The notes: a model not told the origin generated them from the letters alone. Numbered from the stretch's first letter, positions 38,239-48,431 are shown. The stretch is DNA of 64,000 nucleotides from Candidatus Poribacteria bacterium (GCA_965205015.1 OZ242029.1:4992001-5056000), one strand, 5' to 3'. Translations and numbers: made by a program.

Positions 38239-39367
38239 CGGTTCGGGCATCGGCGGTGGGCAACGGAGTCTCCTACTCCTGCTACACCTATTAGACAAGG
38301 ATCGTTTTACACCTTTCGTGGGATGCCTCGGTGATAGTCCTTTCGCCGCGGCGGTAGGAAAGACAGAGGCAAACGTCGTCCCCTTGGCTCTACCCGCCGC
38401 GCACAACAAAACCGATAAGGTCCGACGATTTACGTTCCGCGATCTGCTTGAAGATTTCCGGCAGCTTGGGGTTATCCTCCAACTTCATCGGATGGTAAAA
38501 CGGTATGCGATCGACCTCATTCATGCGAACTCGCTTTCGGTGGCACTGCTCGGCGGTATCGTTGCCAGGCTAAACCGTATCCCCATCCTGATGCACAAAC
38601 GCTACGCGACTTCCTACGGCATTCTGGATCGGATTTGCGAAAGATTTTTGCACCGCGTGATTCTCGTTTCGGAGGCAACCCGCTGGAATTTTGCGCCTAC
38701 AGCAAAACAGACGTTAATCTATAATGGCGTCGATTTAGACGCTTTTCAAGCGTCCGCAGAAGAGGTGGAAACCCTCCGATCAGAACTCCTTCCCGATGCA
38801 TCTGATGCCTCAATCGTCACGGGAGTCGTGACTCGGATTACACCAGAGAAAGGTATCCATTTTTTAGTGAGAGCAATAGCAGACCTCAAAGGAAAAATAG
38901 ACAGCAAACTGCTGATCGTTGGCGGTCCTTACTTCCAAAAAGATATTGACTATATGGAGGAACTTAAACAAGAGGTTACAGATTTAGGCGTTGAAGACTC
39001 TGTCATCTTCACTGGATTTGTGTCGGATACACGGGTGGTTACAAGCCTCCTTGATATCGTATTGGTGCCCTCTATTATTCCAGAGGCATGCCCGCGCACC
39101 ATTATTGAAGCAATGGCGGTCGGCAAACCGGTCATTGCCACACCACTCGGTGGAAGCAAGGAACTCGTCACCCCCGAAACAGGGGTCTTAGTGCCACCTG
39201 AAGACGCCTCGGCGATTGCGGATGCTATCGCAACACTCGCAACCCATCGAGAACGATTGAAAGCAATGGGTGAAGCCTCCCGCAACCGTGCTGAGCAGTT
39301 ATTCAGCAGCGAAAAGAACACAGCATTGACGGAGGCTGTCTACACTGAATTGTTAGCCGTACGATAA
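38192..39367 (+). CDS. glycosyltransferase family 4
   Basis: GGGQRS, IYNGVD, KGIHFL, FTGF, EACPRTIIEAMAVGKPVI. Confidence 0.9.
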   Translation: MKTSDTSKFNILYLDSGSGIGGGQRSLLLLLHLLDKDRFTPFVGCLGDSPFAAAVGKTEANVVPLALPAAHNKTDKVRRFTFRDLLEDFRQLGVILQLHRMVKRYAIDLIHANSLSVALLGGIVARLNRIPILMHKRYATSYGILDRICERFLHRVILVSEATRWNFAPTAKQTLIYNGVDLDAFQASAEEVETLRSELLPDASDASIVTGVVTRITPEKGIHFLVRAIADLKGKIDSKLLIVGGPYFQKDIDYMEELKQEVTDLGVEDSVIFTGFVSDTRVVTSLLDIVLVPSIIPEACPRTIIEAMAVGKPVIATPLGGSKELVTPETGVLVPPEDASAIADAIATLATHRERLKAMGEASRNRAEQLFSSEKNTALTEAVYTELLAVR

Positions 39368-39479
39368 GAGGTCTTCGCATTCCCAGTAGGAGCAATCTCC
39401 GAATAGCGACATCTCCTGTATAACACACAGATCAACAGAATTGCATGTTTCTACTATACCGACATAGGAGTTATCCATC

Positions 39480-40496
39480 ATGAGAGGAAAAACGATTAGT
39501 CCGGGGCAAGGTGCCCAAGCGAGTCAAGGTCAGGTGAGACAAGTATCTCAACTGTTCGGTGAGGGCATCGGTGGCACCCCGGAATGGGTTGAAATCCACC
39601 GCACCAACGATGAATGGGAAGTGAAGCTCATCCAAGCCACTTTGAGCGCGCAACAGATCCGGTGCCGTCCCATCGAATTAAGAGAGGAACGCCAAACCGC
39701 TCTCCTCGTAGCCCCGGAACACGAAGTGGAAGCCATGGAACTCATAAGCCGTATTGACGCAATCGTTACGGATAACGAAATGGCGACGCAAGCCGAAGAA
39801 ACAGCGGAAGCACTCAAACAACGCGATATGACTGTCCCTCAGAAAGATACGCATCAACACGCGGATCCCGGTGATTCAGCAGAACTCGTCTTCGCCGAAC
39901 GTGAAGGTATCGGCAGTGTCGTCTATATGGCAGGACAGGGATACGAACTCCGTGTCGGTCCAGAACCCTACGTCATCGTTCCAGAGCGCGATTGGGAGGA
40001 GTTCACAGACTTTAGTGCGCAACGCCAAGAGTTCGTGATCCTCCTCCGCCACGAATACCCCGATCTCTTCGAGTGGATTCAAGACGGGAAACTCCTCGCA
40101 GAATTCATCCGTCTCATCGAGATGACGTACCAAGAAGGCGCGCCGCCGCTCCCGCATCGAGCCAGTGCCGCAACTGACGCTGACGAGCTCGATGCGACGC
40201 CTTACCATCCGCTTGCCCAATTGAGTCTCACTGTCGCCGTGATTTCGCTCATTGCCGTGCTTTTTCAGATTCCGTGGCAGATCAACCTTGTGTTGGCGGT
40301 CGTCGCTGTGGCATCAGCAGTCGTCGCGAAATACCAGATCGATGTTAGCGACGGGGCATCCACAGGTGTTCCCATGGCGCTGAGTGCGATTGTGCTTGCG
40401 TGTCTTGTTGTCGTTTTTGCGTGGTGGCTGAGCCAGCGTCCGGAGCCGGTAGCACCAGAGAGACCCGCCACTCGTGAGACGATTGAGGATCGGTAG
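39480..40496 (+). CDS. membrane protein with DUF2007-like N-domain and DUF4190-like TM region
   Basis: WVEIH..DEWEVKLI..L...LLVAPE pattern; three C-terminal TM helices. Confidence 0.55.
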   Translation: MRGKTISPGQGAQASQGQVRQVSQLFGEGIGGTPEWVEIHRTNDEWEVKLIQATLSAQQIRCRPIELREERQTALLVAPEHEVEAMELISRIDAIVTDNEMATQAEETAEALKQRDMTVPQKDTHQHADPGDSAELVFAEREGIGSVVYMAGQGYELRVGPEPYVIVPERDWEEFTDFSAQRQEFVILLRHEYPDLFEWIQDGKLLAEFIRLIEMTYQEGAPPLPHRASAATDADELDATPYHPLAQLSLTVAVISLIAVLFQIPWQINLVLAVVAVASAVVAKYQIDVSDGASTGVPMALSAIVLACLVVVFAWWLSQRPEPVAPERPATRETIEDR

Positions 40497-40524
40497 CTTA
40501 CGTTTGATACCGAAAAAACAGAAG

Positions 40525-40553
40525 TTGACACTTCATGGGATATATGGTAGGGT
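40525..40553 (+). promoter_or_regulatory. putative hicAB promoter (duplicated at 43155-43183)
   Basis: TTGACA-N17-TAGGGT with extended TG, near-identical in both copies. Confidence 0.6.
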
Positions 40554-40583
40554 TAAGGGTCAAAGTGCCGCCACGGTTAGAGC

Positions 40584-40850
40584 ATGAATACACGCTTAAA
40601 CAAAAAGCACCAAAGGACATTAGAGGCTATTTTTAGCACACAAACGCCAGCAACGTTGCAATGGCGGCGGATTGAAGCCCTTTTCAAAGCACTGGGTGCT
40701 ACAAAAAAGGAGAGACGAGGCTCGGGTGTGACATTTAGGTTGAATGGAGAAACTGTCGGTTTTCACCTCCCTCACCCTCGCAAAGAGGCACATCGATATC
40801 ACATTCGTGATGCCCGAGATTTTTTGAAACGAGTAGGAATAACATTATGA
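40584..40850 (+). CDS. hicA: HicA family toxin
   Basis: KHQRTLEAIF, WRRIEALF..LGA, GSGV, FHLPHP; ATGA overlap with hicB. Confidence 0.88.
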   Translation: MNTRLNKKHQRTLEAIFSTQTPATLQWRRIEALFKALGATKKERRGSGVTFRLNGETVGFHLPHPRKEAHRYHIRDARDFLKRVGITL

Positions 40851-41098
40851 AGACAATAACATATAAAGGATACACTGCGGAAATTATCTATAGTGACGAG
40901 GATGATTGCTTTGTTGGTCATATCATCAATATTGATGCCATTGTTGGTTTTCATGGCGATACTGACGAAGAATTGCGCGACGCTTTTGAAAACATGGTAG
41001 AACTTTACATCGAAACCCTTGAGGCACCAGAAAACGCGCCGCAAAAGCATGATGCTGGTGGTTTTTGGGCACGCCTACGTGAAGTTTTCCATCTGTAG
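40847..41098 (+). CDS. hicB: short HicB family antitoxin
   Basis: YKGYTAEIIYSDED..FVG...FHGDTDEELRDAFE..VELY. Confidence 0.85.
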   Translation: MKTITYKGYTAEIIYSDEDDCFVGHIINIDAIVGFHGDTDEELRDAFENMVELYIETLEAPENAPQKHDAGGFWARLREVFHL

Positions 41099-41167
41099 AA
41101 ATACCACCTTCGCTATTTACACTTGAGCGGGTTAGTTCTGGTTCACGCAAGGGAATTCTACCTATAC

Positions 41168-43126
41168 ATGGAAGGCGACCATGTGAAAAAAAGACGACAT
41201 CACTCCCACATCGGAACTGAAACGACCTCGCTCCTTCCGCCGCTCACCATCGGCGTGGCTCTGATCCTTCTCAACGCGTATTGGATCGCCTTCGTCAGTG
41301 GTATCCATCACTCCCTGAATCCTGCTTATGCCTCCCTGTTTATCGCCCCAATCGTCAACCTCTTTTTTCTCCTGTTAATCAATACACTGCTGAAACGGAT
41401 CCGTCCACAACTCGCTTTGAGCCGCGCCCAACTCCTCTTGGTCTATCAGATGTTGGTCATGCTATGTGTCGTCTCCGGACACAACCCGATGGACTTCATT
41501 CTTGGAATCCTCGCGCATCCGTTCTGGTTCGCTACCTTTGAAAACGAATACGCAACACTTTTCCATCGGTATATCCCGACTTGGTTCACGGTTCAAGATA
41601 AAGGCGCGCTCACCGGTTTTTTTGAAGGGAACTCGACCTTATACACACCGAGACACCTACTCGCATGGATCGGTCCTGTGCTGCTTTGGTCGTTTGTCAC
41701 ATTCGTTCTCTTTTTCATCTTGATGTGCTTCAACAGCATCCAGCGTTTGCAATGGAGCGAACGGGAACGACTCAGTTATCCGATCGCACAACTCCCGATA
41801 GAGATGACGACCCCCCGCTTTTTTTCGAGAAGATTATTGTGGCTTGGGTTTAGTATCTGTGCCGTGATAGAACTCCTCAACGGACTCCACTTTCTCTATC
41901 CGTTTGTGCCGGGTGTGCCGCTTAAAATACCCGATTTTGGGGCGAAAATCTTTACGGCGAAACCTTGGAACGCGATTGGATGGTTACCGCTCTTCTTTTA
42001 TCCTTGGGTCATCGCATTGACGTTCTTTGTGCCGCTCGAACTCTCATTTTCAGTGTGGTTTTTCTTTCTATTTACAAAATTTCAGTTGATTGTCGGGAGC
42101 ATCGGCGGCTGGAAATCGCTGCAAGGGTTTCCGTATTACAATCAACAGGGAATCGGGGCATGGTTGACCCTTGGAATTCTCATCTTATGGACGAGCCGCA
42201 AGCATCTCAAGGCAGTATTTACGACGGCTTTGAAGCCTCTTGGAAACAGGGCGACCCCCGCCAGTAATGAACCGTTTCACTATCGCACGGCACTGCTCGG
42301 CATCTTGGTAGGTACTGCGATCCTCGTTATCATTTTTCAACAGGCTGGTATGTCCGTTGGAATTCTCCTCGCCTTCCTATGCCTCTATTTCCTCATGTCT
42401 ATCGCGATAACATACGCGCGGGCGGCGGTCGGTGTGCCGTATCATGAAGTCATTTGGACGCATCCGCCGCTGATGATCGTCTCGGTTTTAGGCACACGAC
42501 GGACGGGTGCGGCGAATTTGACGCTTTTCTCTTTCTTATATCCGTATGTTCGCGACAACGTCTCGCACCCAATGCCGAGTCAGTTAGAAGGGTTCAAAAT
42601 CGCCGAACGCGCCCCGGTTTCCCAGAGAAAGATGGCGATCGCTATGATAGTCGCCCTATTGGTTGCCATCCCTGTCTCTTTCTGGGCGTATTTGCACCTC
42701 ATCTATCAACACGGCGCAGTGCGAACTGAGGGGTATATTATTGGCATCGGTATTGAAACCTTTGAACGTATGCTACTCCCATGGTTACAACAGTCACACG
42801 CGACAGATAGCACGGGATTGAGTTTCACTGCGTTCGCCTCGCTGTTTACGTTGGGATTAATGTTTCTGAGAAGACAGTTTATCTGGTTCCCTTTCCACCC
42901 AACGGGTTATGCACTCGGTTTATCTGCGGGGATGGTTTGGGTCTGGAGCGCGATCTGTGTGGGTTGGATCATCAAGGCGGTTCTCCTCAAATTCGGGGGG
43001 TTACGCATCTACCGGAAGGCGGCTCCATTCTTTGTCGGCGTGGTTCTGGGTGACTTTCTGATCGGAACGTTTTGGAGTTTAGTGGGTGGGATTTTTGGGA
43101 TACCCGTCTATCGGGTTTGGTATTAA
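41168..43126 (+). CDS. DUF6785/DUF6784-type polytopic membrane protein (putative transporter)
   Basis: QW..RERLSYPIAQLP, FFVPLELSFSVWFF, WFPFHPTGY, KFGG...YRKA.PFFVG..LGD; start uncertain (41168/41183). Confidence 0.7.
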   Translation: MEGDHVKKRRHHSHIGTETTSLLPPLTIGVALILLNAYWIAFVSGIHHSLNPAYASLFIAPIVNLFFLLLINTLLKRIRPQLALSRAQLLLVYQMLVMLCVVSGHNPMDFILGILAHPFWFATFENEYATLFHRYIPTWFTVQDKGALTGFFEGNSTLYTPRHLLAWIGPVLLWSFVTFVLFFILMCFNSIQRLQWSERERLSYPIAQLPIEMTTPRFFSRRLLWLGFSICAVIELLNGLHFLYPFVPGVPLKIPDFGAKIFTAKPWNAIGWLPLFFYPWVIALTFFVPLELSFSVWFFFLFTKFQLIVGSIGGWKSLQGFPYYNQQGIGAWLTLGILILWTSRKHLKAVFTTALKPLGNRATPASNEPFHYRTALLGILVGTAILVIIFQQAGMSVGILLAFLCLYFLMSIAITYARAAVGVPYHEVIWTHPPLMIVSVLGTRRTGAANLTLFSFLYPYVRDNVSHPMPSQLEGFKIAERAPVSQRKMAIAMIVALLVAIPVSFWAYLHLIYQHGAVRTEGYIIGIGIETFERMLLPWLQQSHATDSTGLSFTAFASLFTLGLMFLRRQFIWFPFHPTGYALGLSAGMVWVWSAICVGWIIKAVLLKFGGLRIYRKAAPFFVGVVLGDFLIGTFWSLVGGIFGIPVYRVWY

Positions 43127-43246
43127 GGACTGCGGGTGGACCAGATTTTTTAAGTTGACACTCCAACCGGTATATGATAGGGTTAAGGCAAAGTGGTATC
43201 AAATTAAGCGTGCCCGTAATTTTCTGGAAAAGATAAAAGTAATACC

Positions 43247-43498
43247 ATGAAGACAATGACATACCGAGGGTATACAGTGGAAATTATCTACAGTGAAGAA
43301 GATGAATGCTTTGTCGGGGATGTTATCAATATTGATGATATCATTTGTTTCCACGGTGATACCGATGAAGAATTACGCGTTGCTTTTGAAGGCGTGGTAG
43401 ATCTCTATCTGGAGGCACTGGAGGAACCAGAGAACCCGCCACAAAAACACTTTGCGTGGCGGTTTCTATCGCGTCTACGGCAAGCCTTCCACTTGTAA
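43247..43498 (+). CDS. hicB: solo HicB family antitoxin paralog
   Basis: Same length as and highly similar to 40847-41098; no hicA upstream. Confidence 0.85.
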   Translation: MKTMTYRGYTVEIIYSEEDECFVGDVINIDDIICFHGDTDEELRVAFEGVVDLYLEALEEPENPPQKHFAWRFLSRLRQAFHL

Positions 43499-43558
43499 AA
43501 GCAGAAGGTTACTCGGCTCAGTACACGAACAAAACCATGAGAATAAGGAATTTTACCG

Positions 43559-44248
43559 GTGAAGACATGTATCATTGTTTTTGCTAAGAATCCGGTGCCG
43601 AACCAAGTCAAGACGCGGCTCGTCCCACCCCTCTCACCGGAACAAGCGGCGACAGTGTATACGGCGTTTCTCACAGATGGGTGTGACACACTCGCCAAAC
43701 TTCCCGAGGTGGACCGCATCATCGCCTATACACCGGCAGGAGCACAATCCGATTTACAAGGGCTTATCAGAGACGATGCCATTTACATCCCACAAATGGG
43801 GGCTGACCTCGGGGAACGGCTCGCCTCGGCAACACAGTGGGCAATTGAACAGGGATATACAAAAATTTTACTCGTCGGGTCCGACAGTCCGACACTACCG
43901 ATTGCTTATGTCACAAAAGCATTCACACTGCTCGACTCGCGTGACGTCACCATCGGACCGAGTACAGACGGTGGCTATTATCTCATCGGCTTTTCGGCAA
44001 CGAACATAGCGACGACCGTCCCGTTTATTTTTCAGGAAATCGCATGGAGCACGGCAGATGTCTTTCAGCAAACAGTGGCACGTATCCGCTCGCTAAAGGG
44101 AACCTTAGGACTCTTACCACCGTGGTATGATATAGATACGGCTGCAGATTTGGCGTTCTTGCACGCTCACATCTCGGCGATGCGACTCGCGGGCGAAACA
44201 GTAGCAGCCGTCAGAACAGAATCACTATTGACAGAACTATTTTCGTAA
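43559..44248 (+). CDS. DUF2064/TIGR04282 family transferase (CofC-like fold)
   Basis: FAKNP...VKTRL, Q.G.DLGERL, GSDSP, GPSTDGGYYLIG, DIDT..DL. Confidence 0.85.
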   Translation: MKTCIIVFAKNPVPNQVKTRLVPPLSPEQAATVYTAFLTDGCDTLAKLPEVDRIIAYTPAGAQSDLQGLIRDDAIYIPQMGADLGERLASATQWAIEQGYTKILLVGSDSPTLPIAYVTKAFTLLDSRDVTIGPSTDGGYYLIGFSATNIATTVPFIFQEIAWSTADVFQQTVARIRSLKGTLGLLPPWYDIDTAADLAFLHAHISAMRLAGETVAAVRTESLLTELFS

Positions 44249-44272
44249 ACAGTAAGGAAAGGAGACTTAATT

Positions 44273-45004
44273 ATGGGACAATTAGATGGAAAATTTGCGA
44301 TTGTAACGGGTGGAAACCGAGGCATCGGAAGAGGGATTGCGAGAGGGCTTGCTGCTGAGGGCGCGACGCTCACAATCGCCGCAAGGGATGCCGACCTCCT
44401 TGAAGAAACCGCCAACGAATTCCGCGCAAACGGCACAAAAGTGTTGACTGTCCCGACCGATGTAACGGACGAGGCACAGATCAAAGCACTCTTTGAAAAG
44501 TCGATGGACGCGTACGGGCGTTTGGATATCCTCGTCAATAACGCAGGGGCATTCAATGGGGGTCCCATCGGTGAACTCGCAACGGAAGATTGGGATTGGG
44601 TTATTAATGTGAATCTCCGTGCGCCGTTTATCTGTTCACGCGAGGCATTCGCAATTATGAAAGCACAAGGTGAAGGGGGACGTATCATCAACGTCGGGAG
44701 TATCTCTGCGCATCGCGTCCGTCCCCGAACAGCCCCTTACAGTGCGAGCAAATTCGGTATCTGGGGCTTGACCCAGGTAACAGCTCTTGAAGGTAGACCG
44801 TTCGGTATCACAGCGAGTTGTTTGCAACCGGGGAACACTTACGTAGAACGGCACCAAAACCGCCCACAAGCCCCTATGGAACCGATGATGGACGTTGACG
44901 ATCTCGCGCAAGCCGCCGTTCTCATGGCGACGCTTCCGCCGAATATCAATATGCTGGAAGCAACCGTCCTACCGATCGGTCAACTCTATGTCGGGCGTGG
45001 ATAA
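44273..45004 (+). CDS. short-chain dehydrogenase/reductase
   Basis: TGGNRGIG, NNAG, YSASK. Confidence 0.92.
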   Translation: MGQLDGKFAIVTGGNRGIGRGIARGLAAEGATLTIAARDADLLEETANEFRANGTKVLTVPTDVTDEAQIKALFEKSMDAYGRLDILVNNAGAFNGGPIGELATEDWDWVINVNLRAPFICSREAFAIMKAQGEGGRIINVGSISAHRVRPRTAPYSASKFGIWGLTQVTALEGRPFGITASCLQPGNTYVERHQNRPQAPMEPMMDVDDLAQAAVLMATLPPNINMLEATVLPIGQLYVGRG

Positions 45005-45034
45005 CTTTTTAATTTTACCTTGCGGCGCATTGGC

Positions 45035-45059
45035 GGGCAGGTACAAGACCTGCCCCTAC
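45035..45059 (-). repeat. GTAG-type REP hairpin, uninterrupted
   Basis: Minus strand GTAG-GGGCAGGT-CTTGT-ACCTGCCC. Confidence 0.75.
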
Positions 45060-45212
45060 AAGATGCCTATTTATTCCTCTGGTTTACTATTTGTCGTGTA
45101 TATCTCGAATTTGAAGAAACACCCAAGCAAAACACCCTGCGCCGTTGTTGCAGGCTGCGTTTTTGGTTAAGAATCGCGAGCACAACTCGCTCTTACAGGA
45201 AAATCTTCACCG

Positions 45213-46445
45213 ATGGAGACAATTATGCAAGTGAATCGGACCCAATTCATGGAACAAGGGTATCTCGTTCTCCGAGAGGTGATCCCACCGGAAGAACTGG
45301 ACGCGCTTCGGGAAAGTTATGAATTAATGGTATCGCGTCAGCGAGATATCTGGGCGCGAGAACGCGGACCGAACGAACCACCGGGCGGTGTTTGGGAGTC
45401 TTCACCACAACCTCGCTTACACCTTGGACGGGGTCCACTCGCAGGGCTTGTCGATGAAAAAACGGCGAGTGCTGTCGAAATTTGGGCACACGAAAACACG
45501 CAAGGTGTCAGCAGTGAACTGCTCGGTGAGGCGGATGCCGGGGTTACTGAGATGATGCTCATGTGCAGTCCCGTCAAAGACTGTGGACCCGCCGCGTGGC
45601 ATCGCGACCATCACCCGATTGATACCGCCCCATTGCAAGGCTATATCGACGATATCGTAGAGACGGGACCGCGCTACGTTCAGTGGAATCTCTCACTCTA
45701 CGACGATAACGTGCTGTGGGTGCTACCGGGGAGTCATCTGCGGGTGAACACCGAAGCGGAAAACGAGCTGCTGCTGGCAGATCCAAAAGTACCATTACCG
45801 GGTGCCGTTCAAACACATCTCAATGCGGGGGATGGTGTCGTTTACATTTTGCCGATCTTACACTGGGGAAGCAACTACAGTCGGAAGATGCGCCGCACGA
45901 TTCACGGTGGATTTGCAAATCATACGCACTATCAAGCGTTCGACTACATAGATTACCTCTCACCGGAAATCCGAGAGATGTTTGATCGGTGGAATGAACG
46001 TAGTCATCAAATGCGGGACTGGACCGAAAGCGCGCTCCGAGCGGCTATAGAAAAGGATGCCACTGCCTACCACGCAGCACTGGAAAACCTCCACCCAAGT
46101 AGAGGCGAAAAGGGGAAGATGTTATCAACCGTCTTTTTGTGCAAAGCCGCCTGTTTCGTGGCACTCGAACACGGCTATGAACTCCCAGAAATCCCGGATG
46201 ACCTTCGGAATCGAGGTAAGGGTTTCCATGCCATTACCCTCAATTGGGGACCGCCCTTCGCCGAACGATTCACGAAAGCGGAAGCCGCTACGCTCTGGGA
46301 GCGCTTTAAGCCACTCGACGCATTACTTAAAACTGACGAAGAGTTGTATCTACCGGGTTTCCAATCCGGTCCGATGCATTACTATTTCAATGAAATGCCC
46401 GCCAATTTCGGTGTCGCAGATTTCATTAAAACGTGGGACCTATAG
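45213..46445 (+). CDS. phytanoyl-CoA dioxygenase (PhyH) family Fe/2OG oxygenase
   Basis: F.EQGYLV, WHRD, LPGSH, AGDGV....ILHWG. Confidence 0.8.
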   Translation: METIMQVNRTQFMEQGYLVLREVIPPEELDALRESYELMVSRQRDIWARERGPNEPPGGVWESSPQPRLHLGRGPLAGLVDEKTASAVEIWAHENTQGVSSELLGEADAGVTEMMLMCSPVKDCGPAAWHRDHHPIDTAPLQGYIDDIVETGPRYVQWNLSLYDDNVLWVLPGSHLRVNTEAENELLLADPKVPLPGAVQTHLNAGDGVVYILPILHWGSNYSRKMRRTIHGGFANHTHYQAFDYIDYLSPEIREMFDRWNERSHQMRDWTESALRAAIEKDATAYHAALENLHPSRGEKGKMLSTVFLCKAACFVALEHGYELPEIPDDLRNRGKGFHAITLNWGPPFAERFTKAEAATLWERFKPLDALLKTDEELYLPGFQSGPMHYYFNEMPANFGVADFIKTWDL

Positions 46446-47234
46446 CGGTAAACCGAGCATCCCGCTGAGATAGAAATACGCTTCCTCGGTATAACGCGGC
46501 AGATTCTCTGGATCTTCAACTTCCAACTCCAACGTCAGATCGCCTTGGTAGCCGACCTCTTGGAGCGTTTCGATAATCTGCTTGAGTTTGAGTTCACCGC
46601 GTCCGATACCGACAGATACAGTCCCGAGATGGTCCTTGAGATGTACCGCATAGATACGAGAACCGAATTGACGGATCGCCGCGAGCGTATCAACACCCGA
46701 CGAGTGGAAATGTCCTGTATCTATGCAGACCCCGACCCGTTCGTCAGGAATAGCGTCTAAAAGCGTTTGGAAATCCTCGGGTTGTTCAAGCACATTTCCG
46801 TGGTGTGGTTCAAGCGTCAACTTGATTTGACTCTCCGCGGGCATACGCTGCAACACTTCGCTCACGCAGGAGGCAACCCTGTCCAAGGCACCGGGTTCCG
46901 TTCTCGGTTGTGCACCACTTGTCGTCAGATGTGTTGCCCCGAGTCCTTCAGCGATTTCAACACATCTTGCGATGGCACCTGCGCGTGTGTCAACATCGGC
47001 AGTGTCTTGTCCACCCCATCCGGGCGGATAGAGTCCTGCACACTTCATGCCGGAGGCATCGACCTTCGCCTTCATATCGTTTATGTCAAGGGTATGCGCA
47101 GCGTCAACACTCCAAATAAGCGGTCCATGAATCTCCATCAATCGGTAGCCGATTTGCGGTGCGTATTCCAAAGTCGCGGCGACTTCATCTTCGGCGTAGC
47201 CGCGGTAACAGATAGAAGCACAGATAATGTCCAT
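46440..47234 (-). CDS. sugar phosphate isomerase/epimerase (TIM barrel)
   Basis: LEPH, DTGH, VHLKD, G.G, LELE. Confidence 0.85.
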   Translation of the reverse strand: MDIICASICYRGYAEDEVAATLEYAPQIGYRLMEIHGPLIWSVDAAHTLDINDMKAKVDASGMKCAGLYPPGWGGQDTADVDTRAGAIARCVEIAEGLGATHLTTSGAQPRTEPGALDRVASCVSEVLQRMPAESQIKLTLEPHHGNVLEQPEDFQTLLDAIPDERVGVCIDTGHFHSSGVDTLAAIRQFGSRIYAVHLKDHLGTVSVGIGRGELKLKQIIETLQEVGYQGDLTLELEVEDPENLPRYTEEAYFYLSGMLGLPL

Positions 47235-47297
47235 AAAAATGTCCTTTATTTCAAGTTATCTCAGAAAACTATAAGACCATATATGCAATCTTCCAAA

Positions 47298-47564
47298 CTA
47301 TTGTATCAACCGCATGTATTCGTCGTGTACCCCGATCCAAAACCAGAAGAAAACTCCCTCTTTTTCATAAGCGAGCGTGCGATATTTAGGACCGACTCTT
47401 GCCGACCAATAGGTACGGACCCTCTTTAAGGTTACAGACGGATGCATCGGATTTTGTTTTAGCAGTTCAAAACTCTTGTCGGCAAGCTGCTGAACATGGC
47501 GAGGGAGATCTTGGTAGTGCTTCCGAAAATGCTGAGTTTTTACGTGCTTTATATATCTTCGCAT
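47298..47564 (-). CDS. RelE/ParE-like toxin
   Basis: F...Y..LP..VQ..A.K...LLKQNP.HPS...K.V..YWSARVG..YR.LA...WFWIG.HDEY. Confidence 0.75.
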   Translation of the reverse strand: MRRYIKHVKTQHFRKHYQDLPRHVQQLADKSFELLKQNPMHPSVTLKRVRTYWSARVGPKYRTLAYEKEGVFFWFWIGVHDEYMRLIQ

Positions 47565-47860
47565 TTGCCTGCCTGAAAATCGGCAAGTGCCTCCTCGGCG
47601 AATCGATCAAGTTTTCCAGCCTTCACGTCTTCCTCAAACTGTTTATCCCATACTTTCGCCTCCGCTTCATATACTTCTAAAAGATCACGGAGCTCAACTT
47701 CCAGGGTTTTCAATAATTCTTTTTTTGTCTTTTTTTTGCAATTCACCTCCGGTAGTTCCTGTATCCACCCAATCCATCCATCTCCGTTTCTTTCAATATG
47801 GGCTGTATAGGTTTCGCTACATCTCTGTTCTTGGAGATTGACAGTATGAACCTGTGCCAT
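47549..47860 (-). CDS. antitoxin with HicB-like N-domain and acidic helical C-domain
   Basis: YTAHIER..DGWIGWIQELPEVN..T..ELL fused to WDKQFEEDVKAGKLDRFAEEALADF; overlaps the toxin start. Confidence 0.7.
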   Translation of the reverse strand: MAQVHTVNLQEQRCSETYTAHIERNGDGWIGWIQELPEVNCKKKTKKELLKTLEVELRDLLEVYEAEAKVWDKQFEEDVKAGKLDRFAEEALADFQAGKCEDI

Positions 47861-48001
47861 GGCATGCTCCCTTCGTGTAAAAGTTAGTATACCTTATTGT
47901 ATCCTCTAAAAGGCCTAATTGTCAAGCTATCCTCTTGAAAAATTGAATAGATAGGGTATAATAAACAAAATTAATCAGCAAATCAAGGAGTACACTGAAA
48001 A

Positions 48002-48412
48002 GTGATTCAGCACATTGAAATAACCTTACCCGAATATCCGCGCGGTTTCCATCTCGTCACAGATGAAATTATGAAATCGCTCGGTGAATTGCCGAAAGCA
48101 GGTATCCTGCACCTGTTCATCAAGCACACTTCTGCGGGATTGACTATTAACGAAAACGACGACCCGACGGTCCGTGAAGATTTCGCCAACAGCTTTGATC
48201 GTCTCGTCAAGGAACGCGAACCCTTCTACAAACACACCATAGAAGGCGATGACGACATGCCTGCGCATATCAAAGCGTCGCTCGTCGGTTTTACCGTCTC
48301 CGTCCCGATTACGAACCATCAGCTCAATTTAGGCGTCTGGCAAGGCATATACCTGTGCGAATTCCGAAATCGTGGCGGCAGCCGGAATCTAACGGCAACA
48401 CTCTATTCCTAA
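48002..48412 (+). CDS. yjbQ: YjbQ/UPF0047 family protein
   Basis: HTSAGLTINEN.DP.V, H..EG.DDMPAHIKASL, LG.WQGIYLCEFR. Confidence 0.9.
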   Translation: MIQHIEITLPEYPRGFHLVTDEIMKSLGELPKAGILHLFIKHTSAGLTINENDDPTVREDFANSFDRLVKEREPFYKHTIEGDDDMPAHIKASLVGFTVSVPITNHQLNLGVWQGIYLCEFRNRGGSRNLTATLYS

Positions 48413-48431
48413 CGATACCTCTGTAAGATTC

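Noticed and set aside
43559-44248. Arsenosugar or F420 pathway inferred from the TIGR04282-like gene
   Set aside because: No partner genes (radical SAM, TIGR04283, arsM, cof) are nearby
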